Source: an uncultured Methanosarcinaceae archaeon (lineage in GTDB: Archaea > Halobacteriota > Methanosarcinia > Methanosarcinales > Methanosarcinaceae). Taken from it: a stretch of 64,000 bases of DNA. The stretch spans positions 227,580 through 291,579 of the forward strand of contig CAVSHT010000008.1 in assembly GCA_963727895.1 (NCBI GenBank), written 5' to 3'. The notes under the pieces were generated by a model. It was not told the DNA's origin. It saw only the letters and a program-made list of their open reading frames with translations, and ran no database searches. Every line of letters begins with the position of its first letter. Positions within the stretch are counted from its first letter, which is position 1. The position numbers were made by a program, and so were the translations under genes. Below are positions 36,302 through 48,318 of this stretch, piece by piece.

Positions 36302-37230
36302 AGCAACTTACTGTGATCAGTGGAAAAGGTGGGACTGGAAAAACAACCCTTACAGCAGCTTTTGCCTCGCTTGCGAAAAACGCTGTCATTGCCGATTGCG
36401 ATGTGGATGCAGCTGACATGCACCTTATTCTAAAACCCAGGGTTATGGAAAAAGAAGACTACTGTGGCCTTGAGGTTGCCAGAATTGACCCGAACCTCTG
36501 TATTGAATGCGGAAAATGCAGAGAATTTTGCAGGTATGAGGCAATAAATGAAAATTTTGAAATTGACCCTTACGGATGTGAGGGATGTGCTGTCTGCACT
36601 ATTGTTTGTCCAGAAGATGCAGTCTCCATGGAAAAAAGAGTTTCAGGTCAGGCTTTCTTTTCAGAAACCCGTTTTGGACCTATGGCTCATGCAAAACTTG
36701 GTATCGGAGAAGAAACAAGTGGAAAACTTGTAAGCGCTGTTCGAAGCAACGCGAAAAAGCTTGCAGAGAAATATAGTAAAGATTTAATTATAATCGATGG
36801 ACCTCCTGGAACAGGCTGTTCCGCGATTGCAGCTATTACAGGTGCAGATCTGGTTCTGGTGGTAAGCGAACCAACAGTTTCCGGAATCCATGACTTGAAA
36901 AGAGTTATTGAACTCACTGCACAATTTATGATCCCGACTGTTGTCTGCATAAACAAATATAACATAAATGAAGAAAATACGCACTTGATTGAAACATTTT
37001 GTACTGAGCAGGAAATTCCAGTAGTAGGCAGGCTTCCTTATAACGATATTGCAACAAAAGCCATGATTAAGGAACAAACTTTAATAGAATACGCTAAAAA
37101 CAGCGAGTATATAAGTGAAAGTGAGTTTGCAGACCTAGTTTTTCAGCTCTGGACTCGGGTAGAAAATATACTTCTGGATGTTCAGGATAAACAGAATGGA
37201 ATTAAAACACTTGAAATGAAAAAATTATAA
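36298..37230 (+). CDS. MinD-like P-loop ATPase with inserted ferredoxin domains
   Basis: ISGKGGTGKTT, DCDVDAAD, CIECGKC, CEGCAVC, DGPPGTGC, EPTVSGIHDL. Confidence 0.9.
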   Translation: MKQLTVISGKGGTGKTTLTAAFASLAKNAVIADCDVDAADMHLILKPRVMEKEDYCGLEVARIDPNLCIECGKCREFCRYEAINENFEIDPYGCEGCAVCTIVCPEDAVSMEKRVSGQAFFSETRFGPMAHAKLGIGEETSGKLVSAVRSNAKKLAEKYSKDLIIIDGPPGTGCSAIAAITGADLVLVVSEPTVSGIHDLKRVIELTAQFMIPTVVCINKYNINEENTHLIETFCTEQEIPVVGRLPYNDIATKAMIKEQTLIEYAKNSEYISESEFADLVFQLWTRVENILLDVQDKQNGIKTLEMKKL

Positions 37231-37496
37231 GCTTTTCAAATACTGAAGCAAAACCAGGATATTTCTGGAAAAATATCTCAAGTGAAAATATAGACTTTTA
37301 TTTTTCAACTAACTTTTACTTTTCAACTAGATTTTTGCGTACTTTTATACTTAGTCACTTTAAATTTTGGATCTTGATACTCTTTTTTAAGAACTATTCA
37401 TTTATATGATTCTACACATATAACTTCAAAGGCTAATGATCTTAAATAGGCTAATGATCTCAAACCTTAATTTTTGATGACCAACTTTTTGCCTGT

Positions 37497-38210
37497 ATGT
37501 CTTTAACGGAGATTGAATTTTTAGAAATTGAGTTTTCAAATTCAGGAGGTTTAGCGTTGAAAGACGTTTCTGTCGGAACCTGTGTACAAATGTTATCTCA
37601 GATGAATGATAAAGCTCTTGAAGAATTCTGGAGAGAAACCTCTGCAGGCAAATTTCCAATAGTCGATTCTCATGGAAATATGAGTTATTCTCTGTTAAGT
37701 GAAGATGATATATTATTCATCAGCAACGATTTTACCTCCCAGAGTGATGAGCAGTTTGAAATGGTTTTTGGGGACATATTTCTTCCAGATACGATTCAAG
37801 AACTCCTTTTTGAAGACAAAGTGTTGCTTTTGATGGTTTGCAGGAAGGATACTCCAAACTTTTTATTGTCTGAACTGCATATGGATGTCAACTTCATGCT
37901 CGACCTTCCGCATGGACAATACTTCTTTTTCGTATTTCTTCTGGATGCAGGAGCTGAATTTTTGTTAAATTCCACGATTCACGCCATAGGTTTTCCATCC
38001 AGGATGCATTTGAATAGTCCGGAGCTTGAGACTTTTTATGTTAAGCATCCTGCTGAGATCTGGGAGTTCGTAGATCCTTCTTCTTCTATAGAAATTCAGC
38101 GCAGAGGACCTTTCCATATTAATCTGATTATGGTAAACATTGAACAGATTCCAGGCTGTTCCCTGCTTTTTTCCGAACTTTTGCAGGAAGACAAATCCCA
38201 TCTTCTTTGA
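37497..38210 (+). CDS. Hypothetical protein
   Basis: 237-aa ORF; the true start may be the TTG at about 37557 after GGAGG. Confidence 0.6.
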   Translation: MSLTEIEFLEIEFSNSGGLALKDVSVGTCVQMLSQMNDKALEEFWRETSAGKFPIVDSHGNMSYSLLSEDDILFISNDFTSQSDEQFEMVFGDIFLPDTIQELLFEDKVLLLMVCRKDTPNFLLSELHMDVNFMLDLPHGQYFFFVFLLDAGAEFLLNSTIHAIGFPSRMHLNSPELETFYVKHPAEIWEFVDPSSSIEIQRRGPFHINLIMVNIEQIPGCSLLFSELLQEDKSHLL

Positions 38211-38395
38211 AATATTCTCTCTTAAATAGGATTTGCATCTAAAATTCTATTTTCTCTCTACTTCAGATTTTATACATCAGGTGCAGATTGAGAATTTGAG
38301 GTGCAAGTGTAAAATTAGTATAATTTTTCAGTTCCATAAGTTCAAAAATAGTAAAACTAAGGTGAAAGATATTATAATGATATCTGATAAGAAAC

Positions 38396-38728
38396 TCAAT
38401 TTCTCACAGTAATTATTTGATGAACTGCAAGGATATCAAATAATGTAATTACTCCAGCAACGAAGAAAACTACTGAAGGTATTGTGCTATGAATAATCGA
38501 ACCTCCTGTAGCTAACGAATATAAAAAGTAAAGCGCGTATAATGGACCTACAATTAAAATAACCCATATAACGTATGTGAACGCATCCTTACTAACATTT
38601 TTGCTATTGAGATTTTCACTATTGATATCTGGTTTTTTATTTGGTTTCAGATTTTCACTATTGATATCTGGTTTTTTATTTGATTTCAGATTTTCACTAT
38701 TGGTATCTGATTTTTTATTTGGTTTCAT
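38396..38728 (-). CDS. Small 2-TM membrane protein with a 13-aa N-terminal tandem repeat
   Basis: K(P/S)NKK(S/P)D(T/I)NSENL x3 (39-bp unit), then two hydrophobic helices. Confidence 0.65.
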   Translation of the reverse strand: MKPNKKSDTNSENLKSNKKPDINSENLKPNKKPDINSENLNSKNVSKDAFTYVIWVILIVGPLYALYFLYSLATGGSIIHSTIPSVVFFVAGVITLFDILAVHQIITVRN

Positions 38729-38910
38729 ATTTTCATACTCCGAGTATCATTATTCACCAAGTAGTCTCTTAATATTAATTAATAATGTATATCATCTATA
38801 ATAATTTGAGCCTAGGGTAGATTTGCAAGAAAAATTCCAGATCAGATAGTTTAGGTTCACAGTCTCTCGATGAAAAAATAGTTATAATCTGCAATTTCCA
38901 GTAGTTTACA

Positions 38911-39277
38911 ATGCAGTTCTTTACCAGATACGAAGAAATAGAACCTTACATAACGAAAAGACGGTTCAATTATCCGCGAACTCATGCATCCGTCGGTCCA
39001 CGGCAATTCAAACCAGAGCCTTGCCGAAGCTACCGTGCCAGCCGGCGGAAAAACTCTTCTTCACAAACACCACCTGACCGAAGAAATCTATCACATTACA
39101 GACGGCAGCGGAATAATGACTCTTGGATCTGAAGAATTCAAGGTCAAAAAAGGGGATACAGTTTGTATTTCGCCCGGCACTCCGCACAGAATTCAAAACA
39201 CAGGAAATACGCCGCTGAAAATTCTCTGCTGCTGTGCGCCGGCTTATTCGCATGAGGATACGGAATTGCTGGAATGA
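38911..39277 (+). CDS. Cupin-domain protein, with a +1 frameshift near 38957
   Basis: EPYITK then DGSIIRELMHP after removing one A; LHKHHLTEEIYHITDGSG...PGTPHRIQN. Confidence 0.85.
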
Positions 39278-39299
39278 GTGAATAAAGTCACAAAATCAG

Positions 39300-42138
39300 A
39301 GTTTTTAGAATTTTTCGTCTTTAAATAAAACGACTTTCGATTTCTCTTCTTTTTCGATTTCATAGAGGATTTCAAATGCCGTGTTAGCTGAAAATTCATG
39401 ATCTGATTTTAGTAGTTCTTCCAGTTGTTTTTGTTTTTGACAGTACAAATTTTTCCTAAGTGCCTCTGCCGCACTCCCCGCACATTTTCATTTTCATCTT
39501 TCAGTGCGTTGATTAGTGGCTGCACGGCTTTATCAGATCTTTATATTTCCAAGTGCATTTGCAGCACTCATTCGAAGATACTTCATCTTCATTTTATCTT
39601 TCAGCGCATTTATTAATGGTGCACAGCTGCCTTCGATTTTGTATTTCCAAGTGTAAGTGCCGCTTTCGCCGCAGATTCTGATCTTCATCTTCATCTTCAT
39701 CTTTATATTTCAACCATCTTAATAGTAGCTCTACTGACTGCTTCCGCCTTTATACTTTCAAGTGACACTGCCACTGAATATCGTATATCTTTATCTTCAT
39801 GTTCATCTTTCAGTGCACTGATAAGGGGCTCTACTGAGCTCGTCTCGCTTTTATATTCTCCAAGTGCATTTACACGCTCTCTTCGCACATCTTTATCTTC
39901 ATCATTTCAGTGCTTGATAGTGGTTGTACTGCTGCTTCGATTTTATTTTTCCAAGCGCATATGCCACAGTTGCCTTTACATCTTTATCTTCATCTTTCAG
40001 TGCGTTTATTAGTGGCTGCACTGCTGTCTCAGATTTTATATTTCCAAGTGACTCTGCCGCATTTCCACCGCACATTTTAATCTTCATCTTTCAACGCGTT
40101 GATTAGAGGCTCTACTGCTCTTCCGATTTTATATCTCCAAGTGCCTGTGCTGCACTCCCACCTTACATATTTGTTTTCATCTTTCAGTGCGTTGATTAGT
40201 GGCTGCACAGCTGTATCAGTCTTTATATTTCCAAGTGCCTCTGCCGCGATCCACCGCACTTATCTGCATTTTCATCTTTCAGTGCGTTGATTAATGGCTG
40301 CACTGCTTCATCAGACTTTATATATTCCAAGGGCCTCTGACCCCTATCTCACATATTCTTTTTCATCTTCATCTTTCAGTGCGCTGATTAGTAGCTGCTA
40401 CTGCCTGTATCTGACTTTATTTTCCAAGTGCCTATGCCGCGATCACCGTACATCTTCATCTTCATCTTTCAGTGCGTTGATTAGGGGCTCTACTGGCTGT
40501 CTCATTTTATATTTCCAAGTGCATATATTGCACTCCCCGCACATCTTCATCTTTATCTTTCAGTGCGTTAATTAGTGGCTGCACTGCTGTCTCAGATTTG
40601 ATATTTCCAAGTGCCTCTGCCGCGCTCCATCGCACATCTGAATCTTCATCTTTCAGTGCGTTGATTAATGGCTGCACTGCTATCATCGATTTTATATTTC
40701 CAAGTGCATCTGCTGCACTCAACCGCACATCTTTCATCTTCATCTTTCAGTGCGTTGATTAGAGCTGCACAGCTGTTTCAGATTTTATATTTCCAAGTGC
40801 TTCTACCGCACTCCACCTCACAGACTTCACTTTCATCTTTTAGAGCTTCGAATAATTATACTGCATTCCCATCAGTTCCAATCCTTCCCAGACTTTCAAT
40901 AGAATTTATTTTTTCTAGTTTATACTTGGAATCCATTTTATCGGCAAGTAAAGCACACAGTTTTTCCTTTGTTTTATCACTTGCTTTATTTACACACTTT
41001 GAAGCCAGGAAAAGTTCGCCTTTTGAAAGCATTGAATCGATAAATTCGTCAATTGAATCCGAATCCAGCATTTCAGAGGTGAATATCACGACTTCTTCCC
41101 ATTTTGGATGACTGAAAGCTTCTGATATATCATATCCACTTTCAAAAAGCTCTTTTAGCTTTATAGCTGCAAAATATTCCTGAAAAGACTGGTGGATTCC
41201 ATATGATACATAAGTATCATTTTTATTAAGTATTCCAAGGTTGAAGCAGTCTTCAAGAATTAACTGCGGGGTAATTTTTTTAAATATAGGATCTTCAGAG
41301 CTTTTTTGGACAAATTTGAGAGCTTCATAATATTTACATGAAACTTCATTTCTGCACTGAAGATTAAAATACAGATCAGTAAGAGCATTTTCAATTTGTA
41401 TTCTGTCTGCGTGAAGACTTTTTCCTCTTTTCTTTCTGATGATTAAAAAGAGTAGAAATAAAAGCTTCGTACAGTTCAGAACGGTTTGAAGGAAGTAAGT
41501 CATCAGGACTTGTCTTTTCTTCCCATTGCAACTTTGATGGCGATGTAAAGCATCATTGGGTTTGAGAGTATAGATTTTAGCTGTTGATTGCTAAGGATTT
41601 TCTCTTTGAGAGTATCTGCTAGTTCTTCATTTGAAACGTAGCGATTTATGAATATCTCTATTTTTTCGTCAGTGAGTTTTTCCAATTCCGAGACTTTGAA
41701 ATTGCTTTTTATACTCTCAAAAAAGCCTGGTCTTGAAGAAATAACAAATCTGCAATTGCTGTATTCAGAAATAAAATTAGAAATCTGGTCATAGGGACGG
41801 AACTCATCGGTAGGTGAAAGTAAGTCAAAACCATCAATGAGAATGATAGCTTTTCCTTTCAGTATTGTTTTTAGGATTTCCTCTGAAATTCCGTTTTGAT
41901 TTGCTTTTATCTTGACATAATCGTAAAAAGTAGAACCCTTCTTATTGATGTAAGTATTTAATTCTACGTATAAAGGAATAGTCCTTTCGTTTTTTCCATC
42001 AAGGTAATCTGTTGCAAGATGAAATTTAACCATTTAAGTGTAGTCGTTTTTCCTGATCCTGATTCCCCGGAAATAATGAGTTTATCTTCTTTTTCAACAA
42101 GCTCAAGAACCTCATATTCTTGTGGTATATCATTTTCC
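39300..42138 (-). pseudogene. NACHT NTPase with about 15 C-terminal HEAT (PBS-lyase-type) repeats; N-terminus disrupted by IS1, many frameshifts
   Basis: Walker A IISGESGSGKTT (about 42045-42075), Walker B ILIDGFD, ISSRP, SNPMML, IHQSFQEYFAA, WEEVVIF, then 93-bp repeats [25 protein letters not shown]. Confidence 0.88.
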
Positions 42139-44129
42139 GGCATTGATACTTAAACATAGTTATATACTATTAGAAAGTATATTTCTTCATGAACTGCCCC
42201 AGATGCAATAGTTCTAATTACAAAAATAATGGTATAGTTGGCGGGCGTCAACGGTACAAATGCTCTGATTGTGGCTATAACTATACAGTAGAGCTAAAAT
42301 CAACTGCTTTTTCCGTCTCTGTAAAAAGACAGGCTTTACAACTCTATCTTGAAGGATTAGGGTTCATGTCCACAGACCTCTTGCAGTAAATTTGATTTGA
42401 ATCTTCTGACATATTTGTAAAAACAAATCAACATCTATAGTCAATAGGCTAAATACTACAACTTTATTGAGATACAAAATGTTATTTTTTGCAGCAATTA
42501 TGGGCGTTACTATATGTCTGAAATATACGTTTATAAATGGGAGGATATCCAAAAATATTTTCCACCTGAAAGAGTGGCAGAAATTCGAGCCAAAATCCTT
42601 GAACTGCGAAAATCTGGAAAATATACCGATAGAGAACTGTGGGAAATGTATGGAATGAGCGAACGTACTTTCTATTATCTTGTTGAAAGAGCAAAAGACG
42701 GAAGTAGAGCAGAAGACTTGAAGGACACGCCTTCGAAGCCTAAAAATCCATATCGAAAGCTAACGGATGAAGATAAAGCTGAAATAATAAATCTCTATTT
42801 GAATAATACAAACAAAATCGAATCATCTAAACATGCGTTTGTTGATGCAATGGAAAAAACAGACCATGTCTTAAAATCAGAGAGAGTACAGCAATTGACG
42901 GGATTAATGGATAAAGCTGTGAAGGGAGTTCGAAGAATTGCAGCTTCATTCAATAAAAAAAAAGAGAACAAAGAAAGCTCAGTTTGTGTTGGCAAATCAT
43001 GGGTTCATCATATTCTTGCTATTGCTGGGCTTACTGGAAAACAGAAGACGGCTATAAGTTCCAAACATCTTCAACGCCCTCAAGAACCATTGAGCTCTTT
43101 CAATATGGACTATACTCAACGGAGAATTGGAAATGGTGAGACTGCGTATGTTTTTGGTGTACTTGATATTTTTAACAGTGGTATTGTAATCCTTGATGCC
43201 CATAAGACAAAATCAGGTGCGAATGTGGTAGAATCTCTTCACCAATTACGCAAAATAGTACCAAAAGATGTTGTAATCGAGATTCGATCTGATGGAGGTT
43301 TGGAGTTTAATAATGCGACTGTGCGTGAATATTGTAATAAAAATAATATTATACATCATATTCTTCCAAAGGCACATCCGTGGTTGAACGCTTTCATTGA
43401 ACGAGCAATAGAGACTTTGCAATATGAATTCATAAATTTACAATACCATGCAACGTTTAATGATTTTCAGAAATTTCTTGTGATTACTAAAAATGGATAC
43501 AATTTACGTGAGCATTCATCATTCAACTATCGAAGTCCAGTGGAAATATGGAATTCTTCGGAAGTTTCATTGAGTGTTACTGCAAGAGGTCTGTGGACAT
43601 GAACATTAGGCTTTCGCTCAATAGGAAGAGTTTTAGGGGTAAGTCATGTTTCTGTCCAAAAATGGATCAAGAAATTTGGTCAAGAGTTAGAGGATCTAAA
43701 AAGTGAAAGTGAGATATCTATTGTTGAAATGGATGAGATGCACACTTACATCGGTAACAAAAAAAATATTGCTGGATCTGGATTGCTGTTGATAGAGTTG
43801 GGAAAAAGTTCATCAACTGCTCTTTTGGCATCAGAGGAACGGAAACTGGAAAACTACTCTGGGAAAAATTGAAGAAAAAAGAGATTGGAGAAGTGATGAC
43901 AGATCACTGGAGAGCATATGCAGAGTTTATTCCAGAAAAGAGTCATACTCAATCCAAAGCAGAAACATTTACAGTTGAGGGAGATATAACAGCATATTGA
44001 GGCACTTTCTAGCAAGGTTGAGAAGAAAGACAAAGTGTGATACAAAAAGTCTTGAAATGCTAAAGTACTCGGTTATTCTATTGATGAAATACAGAAATAA
44101 AGAACTAGATATATTTAAGTAACAATGCC
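42139..44129 (+). mobile_element. IS1-family element, copy 4, interrupted by a nested IS; 8-bp TSD CATTTTCC
   Basis: TSD at 42131-42138 and 44130-44137; IRs GGCATTG...CAATGCC. Confidence 0.93.
42362..43604 (+). mobile_element. IS481-like (rve/DDE) insertion sequence, transposase 42514-43602
   Basis: Perfect 28-bp IRs GTTCATGTCCACAGACCTCTTGCAGTAA; 6-bp TSD ATTAGG; N-terminal HTH and DDE motifs NMDYT...RSDGGLEF...NAFIER. Confidence 0.88.
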
Positions 44130-44147
44130 CATTTTCCTTCTCACGGG

Positions 44148-44887
44148 GGTATTGTTACTTAATTATATCTAGTTCTTTATTTCTGTATTTCATCAATATA
44201 ATAACCGAGTACTTTAGCATTTCAAGACTCTTCGTATAACACTTTGTCTTTCTTCTCAACCTTGCCAGAAAATACCTCAATATGCTGTTATATCCCTCAA
44301 CTGTAAATGTTTCTGCTTTTGATTGAGTATGAATCGTTTAAGGAATAAACTCTGCATATGCTCTCCAGTGATCTGTCATCATTTCTCCAATTTATTTTTT
44401 CTTCAATTTTTCCCAGAGTAGTTTTCCAGTTTCCGTTCCTCTGATGCCAAAAGAGCAGTTGATGAACTTTTTCCCAACTCTATCAACAGCAATCCAGATC
44501 CAGCAATATTTTTTTTGTTACCAATGTAAGTGTTCATTTCATCCATTTCAACAATAGATATCTCATTTTCACTTTTTAGATCCTCTAACTCCTGACCAAA
44601 TTTCGTTATCCATTTTTGGACAGAAACATGACTCACCCCTAAAACTCTTCCTATTGAGCGAAAGCCCAATCCTTCAAGATAGAGTTGTAAAGCCTGTTTT
44701 TTGACATAAGTGAAAAAAGCAGTTGATTTTAGCTCTACTGTATAGTTATATCCACAATCATGGCATTTGTAGCGTTGACGACCACCAACTATACCATTCT
44801 TTTTGTGACTGGAACTATTGCATCTGGGGCAGTTAATGAAGAAATAGAGGTTCTCATAATAAATAACTATAGTTAATTAGCAAAGCC
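44148..44887 (-). mobile_element. IS1-family element, copy 5 (start ATG>ATT, degenerate)
   Basis: IRs; tail-to-tail with copy 4, 18 bp apart; no matching TSD. Confidence 0.92.
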
Positions 44888-45082
44888 CTTTTACTAAAAT
44901 AGAATATGAGTAAGATTCAACCGCAAAAATCAATAAAACAAGAAGAAAAGAATATCAGAAGAGCAAAAGAGCAGGAACAAAAACTGAGAAGAAGATTTTT
45001 ATTTCCATAATGGTCGAATTCTAGATATAAAGTGTAAACCATTATGGAACAAATCATATTTGATAGTGCCTTTTGACAGTTT

Positions 45083-45478
45083 TTATTTGGGAGCTAAAGG
45101 CATCTTTTTACTCATGACTTTTAGCTTTTTAATTGCCGATATGGTCGCTTGAGATTCTTTGTAAATTTTGTCTTCATAATAACTTATAATCTCGTCAACT
45201 GGAGCTGCAAGAGCATATATCTTTATTGGACGCCCCTTACCAGGTTTTTTTTCAGACCGAACACTAACCCAAGACTGGTTGCGCATCAGCCTCATTGCAA
45301 GACTTACTTCAGGCTGTCTTAGTCCTGTACTGATTTCAATTTCACGGGATGAAGCCTCGTCAACATTCATAAGATATGCCATAGTTGTGGCAACATTTCT
45401 GGACATACCTAAGTTCCGTAACGTTTCAATAAAAATGTGGTCATTTTCGTCCAGCACTTTTACTTCATAGTCTTTCAT
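45083..45478 (-). CDS. Winged-helix transcriptional regulator (Methanosarcina ArsR/TrmB-like family)
   Basis: SSREIEISTGLRQPEVSLAMR...KPGKGRPIKIY. Confidence 0.85.
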   Translation of the reverse strand: MKDYEVKVLDENDHIFIETLRNLGMSRNVATTMAYLMNVDEASSREIEISTGLRQPEVSLAMRLMRNQSWVSVRSEKKPGKGRPIKIYALAAPVDEIISYYEDKIYKESQATISAIKKLKVMSKKMPLAPK

Positions 45479-46729
45479 GATAACCCCTTTCATATTTATA
45501 GTTCAATAGATAAGTTTGTCAGTAAAAATATCTCAAGATAATTATGTTTAGATCGTTAAATAATGCTGATACAATTATCTTTTAAAGCTGACAACAGTTT
45601 CTAAATATATACACAGAAGATATATTTATACTGTAACGTATTTCGTTTTGAAATATTAAAGATGATAAAAAACGTTTTTACGTGATATAGCGGATTGTTT
45701 TCGTTTTAAGTCCAACAACCGGTTATTAAAAACAAAAATAATATGTTTATAACCGACTACCAGAGCCCCGTTTTATGAGATTAATGAGAAGGGCCATACA
45801 GATTAAACAATTAAACCTGTATACGTATATAATTAGAAGGTTATTCTTCTCTAACAATTAATAATGTACTCATACTATTTAAAGTTGTATATATTAAAAA
45901 GGAATTGAAAAACTTTCAATTACCCTAACAGTAGAGAACTAATTGTAAAAAATTAAATACTAAATTCACTATAATACCCTGATTTAAGTAAAAGTCTTCA
46001 AATCAGATAGTAAAAATATTATAATTCAACTGATACACAATTTGGATTACTTTGCAAGGAAAAATACAAATAAGTAATAAATCAAAAATTTAATGTTTTA
46101 AATTAAACTGAGGAAAAATAACAGTATATTGATAATAAGTCAGACTATTTTATGTAATATAGATGTTTCTCTAAAAAGATATGCAAATAAAAAAGGAAAG
46201 AAATAAAAAATTGTTATAAATACAACATCTTTGACTTTAGGAACGAAAACTAAAAAAACTGAGAGTTATACTTCAAAAGAAAAACTGAATATGTATCCTC
46301 TTATGAATTTACTCCTGTTATTAACTTATTTTCTATTATTAGCTTTATTTCAGTTATTAGCTTATTTTAGGAGTTATTTACTGGAAAACATATTAAAGAT
46401 AACAATGATATGAAGAAGCGTTAAGAAACAAAAATTAAGACTAAACAAATATAGAAATAGAATTAAATAGGGTCAATAGCTACATAAACCCTTTAATTAA
46501 GTGCACTGAGCCTTCATTTAATCTAACTGTTAAGTAAACTCCAAAATTCGTTTTTAAACCAATTAATAATAAAAATATTTTAAGATTAAAATAAAAAAAT
46601 AAGCATGAATAATATGAATATTCTTCAAGCAACCACATAGATAAACAAACGGTTAAATAATAAAAATTAAGTTGAGTTCCCCTCAAGAAAAAAACACCAA
46701 ATGTATAAAGAGCTGATATCACGATTGAA

Positions 46730-47281
46730 TTGATAATTAAAGCATTCTGGCTGATGATTCCAGCATACCTTCCCAATCCATTTGCAGCTGTTTTTGGTGG
46801 TGGTAAACCAATTGATGGGGGAAGGACTTTAAAAGACGGGAGAAGAATTATAGGGGATGGAAAAACCTACAGAGGTTTTTTTTCAGGCGTTTTTTTTGGA
46901 GTACTTGCAGGTAGCATCCAGATATGGTTGAGTTCTAGAGGCTTTGAAATTCTGGGAACCGAGATGCCAGCCTTTGGTTTGACATATACTGAAGCTTTTA
47001 AAGTAGTTCTTGCCCTTGCTTGCGGCTCTCTTTTTGGAGACATGTTCAAAAGCTTTTTCAAGCGTAGAATGGGCATGAAGAGAGGAGCTCCACTTCCATT
47101 AGTAGATCAGCTGGATTTTGTAATTGGATCATGGGTTTTTGCATATATTATGTCCTCAGAATGGTTCGTGAGCAATTTTACACTTACTATAATGGTAATT
47201 ATCCTTATAACAACGCCTCTGCTACATCTAACAACAAATATAATTGGATACTTCACAGGCATAAAGAAAGAACCGTGGTAA
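46730..47281 (+). CDS. carS: CDP-archaeol synthase
   Basis: PAYLPNPFA...GGGKPIDGG...GDGKTYRG...GDMFKSFFKRR...LVDQLDF...KKEPW. Confidence 0.93.
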   Translation: MIIKAFWLMIPAYLPNPFAAVFGGGKPIDGGRTLKDGRRIIGDGKTYRGFFSGVFFGVLAGSIQIWLSSRGFEILGTEMPAFGLTYTEAFKVVLALACGSLFGDMFKSFFKRRMGMKRGAPLPLVDQLDFVIGSWVFAYIMSSEWFVSNFTLTIMVIILITTPLLHLTTNIIGYFTGIKKEPW

Positions 47282-47413
47282 GTTAGAAACTTGGGTAGTA
47301 TACATTATAATAAAATGTAAAATTAATAAAATGTAAAATTAGTCATAATTCAATAAATTTATTCGGTAACATTTAATAGAAAATAGCGAATAAGGCTGCA
47401 AACAGGTGAGATA

Positions 47414-47971
47414 ATGAACAAATCGGAAACCGAAAATGAATTAGAGACGCAGAAACAAGAACTAATTGCAGCTCTCAAAGACTGTGGAGCTATCCGCTAC
47501 GGGGACTTCACGCTTGCCTCGGGAAAGAAAAGCAAATATTATATAGACATTAAAAAAGCCAGTACTGACCCTAAAACCCTAAAACTTATAGCACGTCAGG
47601 CAGCTTTCAGGATAAAACAGATAGATGTGAGTATAATAGCAGGAGTGGAACTTGGAGGTGTGCCGCTGGCAACCGCAGTTTCTATGGAAACCGAACTTCC
47701 CTTGCTGATAGTCCGGAAAGCTGTGAAAGACTACGGTACAAAAAGCAGGTTTGTGGGTGATGTTAAACCTGAAGACAGGCTTGTAATGCTCGAAGATGTA
47801 ACGACAAGTGGAGGTTCAGTCAGAAACGCAATTGAGGTTGTCAGAGAAACCGGAGCAAAAGTAAAATACGTAATCAGTGTAGTGGATAGGGGAGAAGGAG
47901 CCATAGAAAACTTAAAAGAGGCAGGTACTGAACTTATTCCTCTCGTTAGTGCCAGCGATCTCTTGAAGTAA
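47414..47971 (+). CDS. pyrE: Orotate phosphoribosyltransferase
   Basis: FTLASGKKSKYYID, VRKAVKDYG, LEDVTTSGGS. Confidence 0.96.
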   Translation: MNKSETENELETQKQELIAALKDCGAIRYGDFTLASGKKSKYYIDIKKASTDPKTLKLIARQAAFRIKQIDVSIIAGVELGGVPLATAVSMETELPLLIVRKAVKDYGTKSRFVGDVKPEDRLVMLEDVTTSGGSVRNAIEVVRETGAKVKYVISVVDRGEGAIENLKEAGTELIPLVSASDLLK

Positions 47972-48005
47972 AGAAAATGAGAAAGCATCTTTCAATTGAA
48001 GTTTT

Positions 48006-48318
48006 TCAGATATTACTCTCAAATCCATCAATCGCTGCAGGAAGACACTCAAGAACTTTGGCAAAACCCGAGTGATGAAGGTTCAATACTACTGCAGCAA
48101 TAACTTCTTCACGAGCTGCACCCTCATCTTTTGCCATCTTTGCATGCATCTGTACGCCCAGTGGATTTCGGTTAGCAGTTTGTATGGCTATATTGATCAA
48201 CTGCTTTGGTTTTAGCATCAAGTCCTTTAAGCGCTTTTTGCGCTTCAATAAGGTCATTAAAACGTGCTGCAACTTCCGGACACTCTTTTTGGAAAATTTC
48301 ATATGGATTTTGATTCAT
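48006..48318 (-). CDS. Carboxymuconolactone decarboxylase/AhpD-like protein, with a +1 frameshift near 48205
   Basis: MNQNPYEIFQKECPEVA...GLDAKTK joins QLINIAI...HAKMAKDEGAAREEV after removing one A. Confidence 0.8.

Noticed and set aside
39400..40860. Regularly spaced ~93-bp repeats that could be taken for a CRISPR array or DGR
   Set aside because: The units translate as HEAT repeats. There are no unique spacers, no cas genes, no reverse transcriptase and no TR/VR pair.
45494..46729. Long AT-rich spacer with small ORFs (46231-46413, 46480-46776)
   Set aside because: The ORFs are low-complexity with no RBS or motif; long AT-rich intergenic regions are normal in Methanosarcina.
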